From: Macrostomum lignano
Taxonomy: Eukaryota
DNA length: 64,000 nt
Assembly: GCA_002269645.1 (NCBI GenBank)
Contig: NIVC01001356.1
Coordinates: 124,001 to 188,000, forward strand
Reading direction: 5' to 3'
Shown in pieces: positions 12,675 to 22,132 of the stretch. Within the stretch, counting starts at the first letter, position 1, and each line of letters opens with the position of its first letter. The notes below the pieces were generated by a model, which was not told the DNA's origin, searched no databases, and saw only the letters and a program-made list of their open reading frames with translations. The position numbers and the translations under genes are program-made.

Positions 12675-13961
12675 ATGCTGAACGCAACAACGAATTTTGA
12701 TGCGCTACTACAAAATGACACGGAGAACTTGCAGAGCAAGTACAAAACTCTGGTTGCACTGTACGCCAGATTCGCTCCGTCAATCCTGATTGTTGATCGA
12801 AGCATCACTCCGTTTTGGTATTTCCTCGGCTTATTTGGCAACTTATTGAGCGCCTACGTCTGGATGCATCCGAGAGTGCGACGGAAAAACTCGTCAGCCG
12901 TGTACCTGGCGGCTCTGTCCGTCTGGGACTTGATCTTCCTGGCTCTGCACCCGTTCCAGGAGGTGCGAGAGGCCTGGATGGGTATTTCCGAGAACTCTTT
13001 GCTCGACTGCGGTCTGTTGCACATCCCGTTGCTAACAGCCCAGTACATGTCGCCTGTACTAGTGCTCTGTTTCACCGTGGAACGCTGGATTGCAATTTGG
13101 TTTCCGTTTAAACGAGACTCGTTGTGCACCCCAAAACGAGCCTGCATCGTGACAGTAGTTATGATTTGCATCGTATTTTTCTATAATCTCATCCAGTTGA
13201 AGTTTCGTCGCTACGACTACGAATTGTCAGTGTGCATTGTCAACACCCAGGCTGTTGAATGGACGGTCTACACGTCTATTAGCGAAATAATTTTCTCGGG
13301 ATTTGTGCCAATAAGCGCTCTGGTGTTTAATATTTTGGTCGCAATCGAGCTCTACCGAATCACGGTTGTCAACAAGCACATGATGCCTAACGGAGACGGC
13401 GGCGACGCCAGTGCTGAGAGAAAGTTCCGTTCGACCACTTTGATGCTGTTGTGCGTGTCCTTCTTTGTCATCGTCACCTCGCTACCAGCTGGCCTGCTGT
13501 ACGCTCTGCAGAATCAAAACTACGGCAATGTCACACTGACAGATAGCGAGGTTGAGCAGGACAGCACCTGGCAGAGCTATTTCAGCGCCACACTGACTAA
13601 AAAGATTGTTGATGAATTGTCAATATCGCATTATTCGTTGAATTTTGTGATCTACCTGCTCACTGGACCGCAGTACCGGATGTACGCGCATCAGCTGCTC
13701 AGCTCCATCTTCGGCGGTTGCTGCCGACTCATCCGTGGACGTGTGGGGCAGCCCAAGGAGCAGCTCAAACAGCGGGAAGATTATTATTTCAATAATAGCC
13801 GAACAAACCGGGCCAAGCGTCTCAGCGAGCGAAATTCGACAATGTCGAGAACGAACGCCACGGCTGTTGGACGCGGATCGGCGGAACTCGACGGAGCAAC
13901 GACAGGGACGGGCGGCGACACGAACGCTCTAAGTCCGTTAATTGTCAAGAGTACCGTCTGA
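12675..13961 (+). CDS. intronless class A (rhodopsin-like) GPCR, peptide-receptor type (FMRFamide/sex-peptide/myosuppressin receptor-like), 428 aa
   Basis: Seven hydrophobic segments. Motifs: GLFGNLL (TM1), YLAALSVWDL (TM2 LAxxD), FTVERWIAIWFP (DRY equivalent), NFVIY (NPxxY equivalent). N-glycosylation sequons NAT and NDT in the N-terminus and an S/T-rich tail. The ligand cannot be assigned from sequence. Confidence 0.9.
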   Translation: MLNATTNFDALLQNDTENLQSKYKTLVALYARFAPSILIVDRSITPFWYFLGLFGNLLSAYVWMHPRVRRKNSSAVYLAALSVWDLIFLALHPFQEVREAWMGISENSLLDCGLLHIPLLTAQYMSPVLVLCFTVERWIAIWFPFKRDSLCTPKRACIVTVVMICIVFFYNLIQLKFRRYDYELSVCIVNTQAVEWTVYTSISEIIFSGFVPISALVFNILVAIELYRITVVNKHMMPNGDGGDASAERKFRSTTLMLLCVSFFVIVTSLPAGLLYALQNQNYGNVTLTDSEVEQDSTWQSYFSATLTKKIVDELSISHYSLNFVIYLLTGPQYRMYAHQLLSSIFGGCCRLIRGRVGQPKEQLKQREDYYFNNSRTNRAKRLSERNSTMSRTNATAVGRGSAELDGATTGTGGDTNALSPLIVKSTV

Positions 13962-15169
13962 GGCTTATCATTAAATATTTTAAAAACTAATTATGCTCTG
14001 TAACTAGTCCTACTCAGCAGCTTAAGGCGGTTTGAATGTTTGTATAAAGACTTCGCTTTTCAAACATTATCAGTTTTGTTGTTGGTCTCAAAATCGTTGA
14101 AAACTGGGTCAATTTTTATGAAAGAACTACATGGTTAACGTAATCAAAGCGCGATTGTTTGGAAAGTTAATCACCAGCACAGCGTGTTTAAGCTTAGCAA
14201 TTCAATGAAATCCCTTTCTTATCATGCTGTATTTGCTGCTTATGTACCTATCTTTAGTACCTGAAATGCACTTTTACTGTACTACTTAATTAACTTGGTG
14301 TAAATACATTTTTCACATGCAGTTCTTGGTCTATTCAATCAAAATCCTCGCCGCAGCTCGTGAGACTGAAAAACGCCCAAGAAAAGACAGGCCTCTGCTG
14401 TAGGTACTTCATAAATTACGCATTAACTTCAGCTTATATAAATACTGTTTCACAACGTGTTCTGTGTGCCTGAGAGCATTCAGAATTCATTCATTTTGCT
14501 TATTTTGCGACACCAGTGCTTATTTCATTACTTATTATTATTTTCTCATAAATTCGAAGAACCAAAGAAATAATGCAGTTCTCTGTATCCATTGTTGCAC
14601 ACAATTATTTTTCAAATTGGTCAAATATTTTGTTTAAATCTGTCCAGCACTATATACTTAGAACAGTTTTCTATTTCACGCTTAAATTGTTTAAAAACAC
14701 AAAATAAAAATACACGCGTTTTTTCCCGCTATTTCTTCAGTATCAACTCTGTTAAAATTGCTAATATATTTCACCACCAGGCCTAATGCTACCGTCGACT
14801 TTCAGTGTGCAGTACAACTAACATTCCAAACCTGACCAACCGCGTCACAACACCGGAACATTCCGACAGTACTCTATATATAGTGAATTCAAAATAACAT
14901 ACTCGTAGTATAACTAATGCAAAATTCTGTAATTGTTTCTCATAGCAAATGCTAATGCAGGTTTCTGTAGTTTTAAAGAACACAGCTCGTCAAAACACTG
15001 CAAGTTGTACAGGTCATTGACTACTGACACAGAAGGACGGTTGGAGCTGGAGGCCAAGTTAATTCCGCTACAAAATGCAATCGCGAGATGGGAACTTTTC
15101 GGCTTGTTACAGAACTGAATTACATGTACCAATATCTGATCACCTTCTGTGCTTTCAAATTGTACATGT

Positions 15170-15410
15170 AAATATGGCAAATCCATCTACACAATATCTA
15201 CCATTCTCTATGGCAAAACCATATACACAATATCTACCATTGTCTATGACAAAACCATCTACACAATATCTACCATTGTCTATGGCAAAACCATCTACAC
15301 AATATCTACCATTGTCTATGACAAAAACATCTACACAATATCTACCATTGTCTATGACAAGGCCATATGCACAATATCTACCATTGTCTATGACAAGGCC
15401 ATATGCAAAG
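15170..15410. repeat. 36-bp minisatellite (CCATCTACACAATATCTACCATTGTCTATGGCAAAA), about 7 copies
   Basis: Tandem repeat seen directly. It produces the 12-aa periodic ORFs. Confidence 0.9.
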
Positions 15411-16989
15411 CACATTGTCTCATGAATTTAGTTTTAGTAGCCACCTAAACGCAATGATTTCGAATCATAGCGTACCTAGCTACATGTACATACAGTGTCG
15501 AAGCTGTGTGCGTTAATTGCCGTTTTCCATGTTGATTGACTTTCTTTCAAGAATTTATCGTATTGGGATCATATTGGGAATATCTCAATCTTCCAAAGCA
15601 TCCTTCTGCTTCAGCTGTTCATGTTTCCACACCTTTTTAAATTAATCTAATTTATAATACGGGGATCAAATAAATTCCATTAAACTTGAAGTCTTCTTAC
15701 TACATGCAAGATATACGCTCGAAGTACGCTGTTTTCCAAGCCTCGCACCGTTTCGCAGTATTATTATATTTTATCTACTGTTAGCTACATGTCATATGGA
15801 TTACTGAAAACCTGAATAACCGTTTAGTACGAGCTAAGAGTGACAATTTGAAATTTTCAATGCTTATTCAAAAAAGCCATTCATCATTATCCCTTCTAAC
15901 ACGTGTACAATGCTGCCTACTTTACTTTGAAAGCATTTTCTAAAGCTCAGACTCCGCTGTCTTCATATTCACGTAGGTATACTTACAAGAGGCACCACGA
16001 TAATACAAGTCTAAGAAGCACTAAGAAGCCTCATGGCAGTTAAAGACTATTCCAGTTAAAAATGACCGCGCGTAACGTCAGTTTCCACTGAAAGGAATGC
16101 AGCAGCTGAACCATGTCGATTCTTGCGTCACCCGTTGCAAATGGAATGCCTCGATTGAATGCTGTTGTCATTAATAATTATAACACCAGCCTAGTTATAT
16201 GCAGACATATACGAGCGTACCTAGCCTGAGACAATATTGCCGAATGCAATGGCGATCCAATCGAGACAAAAGTCTAGCAAAGTCTAGCCAGAAAAGGACG
16301 CTAAAGAAGAAGAGAGTCAAGAGAGGAAAAATATTTTCTAGTTCAAAAGCGAGCATCAACTGTTGAGATGCGCCTTCTGAATAATAATTACCTGCATGAG
16401 AGTAGGCAACCTCTAATTATACTTGGCACTCAGACGAACCTCACTGAGACTTACATAAGAGCTAAAGAAGCAAGAAGTATCCATCGTTTCTTTTGTTTTA
16501 CAGAAGTCAGCAGTGCAATTTGATTCCCAAAGCCCAATTTATATGTATTCTTTTTAAGACGAACGATACACGATCCAAGTCACCTGCATGGTGTCACTGA
16601 AGTTTATATAGGCAAAGCTTACACTACAGAACATTTGCTTTTATTCTTCAGTCTATACCTGTCTGTAGCTACGAGCTATATCTGCTTTCAAGTTTAAATA
16701 CGAAAAAAGAATTAAAATTGCTACCAGTCGAGCTCGAGAATGTACTCAAGAAAGAACTAATGTAAAAAAAAAGTCATGTTTTTGTATAGCATATGACTTT
16801 TCTGAAAAGTCCATTTGGTTATTGGACACAATTGATTTATGAATTTTGGTCTAATTTATGCATTATGAGCTGTCTATAGCTCTGTAACGGCTGATCTTGT
16901 CCATTTTTTCTGTCTGTAAAGTGAATGCGCTCGTGTATTGCATTGTTAATTACCAAGCATAGTTTACTGTTCTATTGACTAGATTAATT

Positions 16990-17301
16990 AGCAATCCATT
17001 CTGTAGGTTAGCAATCCATTCTATAGATTGACAATCCAATCTATAGATTAGCAATCCATTTATTAGATTTGCAGTCCATTGTATAGATTAGCAATCCATT
17101 GTACCGTATAGATTAGCAATCCAGTCTATAGATGATCAATTCAGTCTATAGATTAGCAATCCATTGTACCGTATAGATTAGCAATCCAGTCTATAGATTA
17201 GCAATCCAGTCTATAGATTAGCAATATAGTCTATAGATTAGCAATATAGTCTATAGATTAGCAATATAGTCTATAGATTAGCAATATAGTCTATAGATTA
17301 G
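16990..17301 (-). repeat. 20-bp minisatellite array 4 (reverse orientation), left half of an array split by insertions
   Basis: TCTATAGATTAGCAATCCAG-type units ending at the LTR target-site duplication. Confidence 0.9.
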
Positions 17302-17526
17302 TGTAGAGAGCGAAGCCGAGAGAGAGAAAGTTATGTGTTGTGTGTAGCCGATAAAGCCTCAATCCATTGTAGGCTCTGTGCGATCGATTTATATATTTAG
17401 CAGCGACCCTGCAGTTGAGACTGCGTACATTAAAAACAGAAAGCCAAGAATATTGGATGTACATCGGAAATGCACACCAGGACTAAAAACACTTATTTTG
17501 CAAGCACTGGGCAGCAGGTGCCTACA
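17302..17526 (-). repeat. 3' LTR (225 bp)
   Basis: TG...CA termini and 224/225 identity to 21891-22115. The mismatch is in ...ACATTAAAAACAG versus ...ACATTTAAAACAG. Confidence 0.97.
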
Positions 17527-17540
17527 ATTCTCCCCAACCA
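17527..17540 (-). promoter_or_regulatory. polypurine tract of the LTR element
   Basis: The minus strand reads ...GGTTGGGGAGAAT immediately before the 3' LTR. Confidence 0.75.
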
Positions 17541-17638
17541 GAGAGATCCCAGGGGATAAAAAAACGAGCTCAATTACTCAGTTACTACCGGCCCAAACCC
17601 CAAAGCAATCAAAGCGGCCCGCCCAGCCCGCCCTAGGA

Positions 17639-20600
17639 TCACAATTTGTAGCTGAGCACTCTGTTACGGGCAGCTCTTGGATGTTCTCGCGTGGCGATGC
17701 TACCGCTGGGTAGACCGGCGGGCTCTCCGGCAGGTTGGCCGGCAGGTTGGCCGGCAGGTTCGCCGGCAGGTTGGCCGGCAGGCTCTCCGGCAGGCTGGCC
17801 GGCAGGCTGGCCGGCAGGCTCTCCGGCAGGCTGGCCGGCAGGCTCTCCGGCAGGTTGGCCGGCAGGCTCTCCGGCAGGCTGGCCGGCAGGCTCTCCGGCA
17901 GGTTGGCCGGCAGGCTCTCCGGCAGGCTGGCCGGCAGGCTCTCCGGCAGGTTGGCCGGCAGGCTCTCCGGCAGGCTGGCCGGCAGGCTCTCCGACCAGGG
18001 GCCGCAGCTGCGAGACGTGGCGCATGCAGGACTGTTCGCCGCGTTGCAGGACACACGTGTCTCCCTGGACCTGCTTGACTGTCCAAGGATGTGGCTCGAA
18101 CGGCAGCTGCAGTTTGTTACGTGGCTGCTTCTTTCGCAGAACTTTGTTGCCGACTCTGACGCCGTGCTCCTTGACACCCTTGCGATCATCGAAGCGCGCC
18201 TTCATGTCTTGGACATAGTTTCTGTGCCAGCTCTGCACCTCTTCATGGTTAACGTCGATGAACTGTGATGGTTTGATGGTCGGGATGCCGTTGTTCATCG
18301 TCCTGCCCATGAGTAGCTCAGCAGGTGCGCGGCCGGTCGCTCGATGTGGTGTCGTGCGGAACGCCAACAGCCAGTCCTCGATAGCCTTCCGCCAGTTACG
18401 ACCTTCGGCCACTGCCGTCTGAATCACTTTCCCGATGCTACGGTTGACTCGCTCCGTCGCTCCGTTGGATTCTGGGTGCAGCGGGCAGATGAGGCGGTGG
18501 TGAATGCCGTACGAAGCGAGGAAGCTGCGGAAAGCTGCCGAGCTGAATGGCGGGCCGTTGTCGGTGACCACCTCAATCGGGACGCTGTATCTGCCGAACA
18601 GCCTCCGCAGGTGGGGGGGTCACGCTCTCCGCCGTCGTCGAGTTGAGAAAATTGATTTCTGGGTATTTTGAATACAAGTCGGTGGTGACCAGGAGCATCT
18701 GGCCCTGCACTGGGCCGTAGAAATCCATGCCTAGTAGCAGCCAGGCACCGTCCGGAATATCTGTCGGCCTCAATGGTGTCTGTCGCAATCCGGTGGCCGC
18801 AGCCTGGCACAGTGTGCAGCACTGGACGAAGAGCTCGCAGTCGCTGCGCATCCGAGGCCACCACACCTTCGTCTGCAGGCGTTTAAGGTGCGATCGGCGC
18901 CCAGATGACCGGTGTGCGCCAGTTGAAGGATCGGCCTGCGCAGCGACTCGGGGATGACGATGAGGTCACCGCGGAGTAATGCTCCGTCGCTTTCCGACAG
19001 TTCGCCGCTGATGGACTTGAAGGAGCGCTGGGCTGCCGCTCGCATGTCCCAGCGGCCGGTTCGAATCGCGTTCAGCGCCGCCTGGACGTCCCTGTCGGTG
19101 CGCGATGCTTCCCGAACCTATTCGAGACTGAAGCCCTTTGGCACGGCCCCGGTCGACACGGCGTTGATGAAGGCGGCGTCGAGCTCTTCACCTACATTCC
19201 GACGCCGCTCTGGCAGTGGCTGCCGACTCAGCAGGTCAGCCGGGTTGGTCGAGCCTGGCCGGTAGAGCAGGTTGAAGCGGAGATGCTGAATGCGCAGCGC
19301 CATTCGCTCGATCCGCGGTGGCGGACGGGAGCCAGGCTTGAAAACCGGCACGAGCGGTCGGTGTCCGTCACCACGGTGAAGTCTGGGTCGCCAGCCAGAT
19401 AGTGCTCAAACTTGAGACACCCAAATTTGATGGCCAACGCCTCCCGCTCGATCTGCGCGTACCGCTGCTCCACCGGCGAGAGGGCTCTGCTGGCGTAGGC
19501 GACGGGTCTGCTGTTGCCGTCTGGCTGCCGCTGCGTGAGGATGGCGCCGAGGCCGATCGGAGATGCGTCCACCAGGAGCTCCGTGTGCAGCCTGCGGTCG
19601 AAAAAGGCCAGCGTGTCCGCGTCTGAGAATGCCTTCTTGATGCCGTTAAACGCCGCTGTATGTTTTTCTGTCCACTCCCAGGCTTGGCCCTTCTTCGTTA
19701 GCTGCCGGAGTGGGGCCGCGAGGTCAGCGAAGCTTGGGATGAACTTTGCCAGGAAGTTAGCGGTTCCCAGGAAAGAGCGGACGTGGGCCACGTTGGAGGG
19801 CTCTCGGAAGTTCTGCATGGCGTCAATTTTCTCGGTGGCCGGTTGCATGCCCCGGGCGGTCAGGCGCATCCCAAGAAACTCGACAGTCGGCCGGGCGAAC
19901 CTGCACTTGTCCTGATTGAGGGTGATCCCGAACTCTCGGAGGCGCTGAAGGCAGGCGTCCAGCCTCTCATGGTGCTGCTTCAGGTCGGAGGCGTATACCA
20001 CCACGTCGTCGTGCGCCCACCGGACGCCGTCGATGCCGCTGAGGATGCCAAGCATGACTCGTTGAAGGATTTCCGAGGCATTTGTGAACCCCATGCTGAG
20101 CCTCTTGAGCCGCATCAGTCCGAGGGGCGTGCTGAAGGTGAAGAGGTGACGGCTGCTCTCGTGGACTGGGATCTGATAAAAAGCCTTCCGGATATCGAGT
20201 TCGCTGAACAGCTTGGCGTCTGCCATTTCCTCGGTGATTTCATCCAGCGTGGGGATTTGCTGCTTCTCTGGGATGACGAAAGCGTTGAGATCACGGAGGT
20301 CCTGGCAGATTGAACGCCACCGTCGTCCTTGGGCACCACCACCATGCGTGGCACCCAGGCGCTAGGACCTTTGACTGCCTCAATGATGCCCTGCTCCTCC
20401 AAAGCCTTGAGCTCGTCAACTACGGCCTCTTTCAGGTGCGCCGCCACACGTGAGGGCACCTGGCAGACTGGAACAGCGTCATCGGACAGCTGGATCTGGA
20501 CCTCTACTCCCTTGATGCAGCCGATGCCGTTGAAGACTTCTTTGTGCCTCTGCAGGATGGCCTTGAGCTGGGGTCGCTACACTGCTCGGAGGGTGTGGTG

Positions 20601-21852
20601 TAGGCGATGGCGTTTATGTTTTGCGGTTTGGTAGCTTCAGGTCGCTGGATCTTCAGCACTCCTAGCTTGAATGCGGGCTGACGCCCCAGTATCGTCAGGC
20701 CGTCGCCGTCCATGATGTGGAAGGTCGCGGTTGTTCTGGCAGATCCCACTTGGATGTCAAGATCGGCGGTACCCACAATCCTGAGAGGTGTCGGTACCTC
20801 GTAGGCGCGAACTTCGGCTCTTGTTGGGCGTGGGCTTGGCAGGCTGAGCGCTCTGAAGGTGCCGAGACTCATGATACTGCAGCTGGCTCCGCTGTCAATC
20901 ATCATGGGAAGCTGCCGGTTTGGCACCTGCCACCAGACGTCAGTGAGACGTCGGATGGGTATTTGTCGGGGTTGTACAGCGCGAACACATCCTCGTTGAC
21001 GGAGCCGTCGGCAGCTGTGAATACAGCATTGGTGCTGATTTTCTGCTGTGGGATCCGGCTGCTGTTTGACTGCCGAGGCTGACGGCAGGCAAGAGCGAGG
21101 TGGTTGGGCTCACCGCAGTTGTGGCAGATCTTGCCCTTGGCAGCGTCGCAGGTAGCGTGGCCTTTCTCGCCGCAGCGGTAGCAGGTGCGCTGCTGCTGGT
21201 CGCCGGGCCTGCTGGTCGTCTGAGCCGGGCCACGCCTGTTCGTTCTCACCTTGTCGCCCTTAGCAACGCTGGCCACGTGCGACTCTGTCTTCTCCATCTC
21301 GGTGGCTTGTTCCTCTGCAGCCTCGAATGCCCTCGCCTTTCGCAAGGCCTCTTCCAGGCTGATGTTCGCCTCCTGAAGCAGCCGCCTGCGCAGCTTGTCA
21401 GAGCTGCAGGTTGCCACGAGCTGGTCTCTGATGAGCGAGTCCTTCAGCTGCTCGAAGTCGCACGGCTCTGCCGCAGTGCGCAGTCTGGCGTACCAGGACT
21501 CGATGGACTCTCCGGTGGCCTGGGTGCATAGGCGGAACCGATATCTGGCGAATACTATGTTCTTTCTTCCGTTGAAGAATGTCTTCAAAGCGTCCAGCGT
21601 CTGCTTGAGGGTGACTTGGCCGTCCTCTGTGGCCGCTGCAGGCTTGGCCTCCTCGCGGATGATGTCGGCGATTTCCTTGCCTGCTGTGTAGCTGAGTAGT
21701 TTGCACTTTTGCTTCTCGTTGGTGATGCCTCATGCATCGATGAAATCTTCAAAGCGGTCCGCCCATTGACTCCAGCGCTTGCCCGCGTTGTGTGGGCCTG
21801 CTGATACTGAGAATGGCTCAGGTGGGGGCAGTGAGAGAAAGTTGGCTGCCAT
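17639..21852 (-). pseudogene. gag-pol of the gypsy element, broken by 2 in-frame stops and 6 frameshifts
   Basis: Gag starts MAANFLSLPPP at 21852 and has two CCHC knuckles (CYRC..H..C, CHNC..H....C). Protease MIDSGAS. RT ELDIRKAFYQI and AHDD. RNase H VDASPIGLGA and EREALA. Integrase HTGHLG, CTLC, MDFYGP, TDNGPPF and ERVNR. Stops at about 21730 (TGA) and 19118 (TAG). Confidence 0.93.
17715..17995 (-). repeat. 12-bp in-frame tandem repeat encoding about 23 x PAG(E/Q) in the integrase C-terminal tail
   Basis: GCCGGCAGG(C/T)T(G/C)-type units, translated in ORF 17639-18571. Confidence 0.9.
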
Positions 21853-21877
21853 GATTTGTTTACCGCGCGGTAGGCGG

Positions 21878-21889
21878 CTTGCGACGCCA
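21878..21889 (-). promoter_or_regulatory. primer-binding site (TGGCGTCGCAAG), probably tRNA-Ser
   Basis: Begins 1 nt after the 5' LTR with TGG. It is complementary to a tRNA ending ...TTGCGAC-G-CCA. The G discriminator suggests Ser, which is inference. Confidence 0.7.
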
Positions 21890-21890
21890 C

Positions 21891-22115
21891 TGTAGAGAGC
21901 GAAGCCGAGAGAGAGAAAGTTATGTGTTGTGTGTAGCCGATAAAGCCTCAATCCATTGTAGGCTCTGTGCGATCGATTTATATATTTAGCAGCGACCCTG
22001 CAGTTGAGACTGCGTACATTTAAAACAGAAAGCCAAGAATATTGGATGTACATCGGAAATGCACACCAGGACTAAAAACACTTATTTTGCAAGCACTGGG
22101 CAGCAGGTGCCTACA
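21891..22115 (-). repeat. 5' LTR (225 bp)
   Basis: Near-identical to the 3' LTR. TATATAAA is present on the minus strand. Confidence 0.97.
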
Positions 22116-22132
22116 ATTAGCAATCTTCTAAA

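Larger units (their letters stand above)
17302..22115 (-). mobile_element. full-length Ty3/gypsy LTR retrotransposon (4814 bp), defective
   Basis: Two 225-bp TGTAG...CTACA LTRs differing at 1 base. 5-bp TSD ATTAG at 17297-17301 and 22116-22120. PBS and PPT present. Domain order gag-PR-RT-RNaseH-IN is the gypsy order. Confidence 0.97.

Noticed and set aside
17578-21890. Many overlapping alternative-frame and antisense ORFs within the gypsy element
   Set aside because: They are by-products of GC-rich coding sequence and the 12-bp repeat, with no independent motifs.
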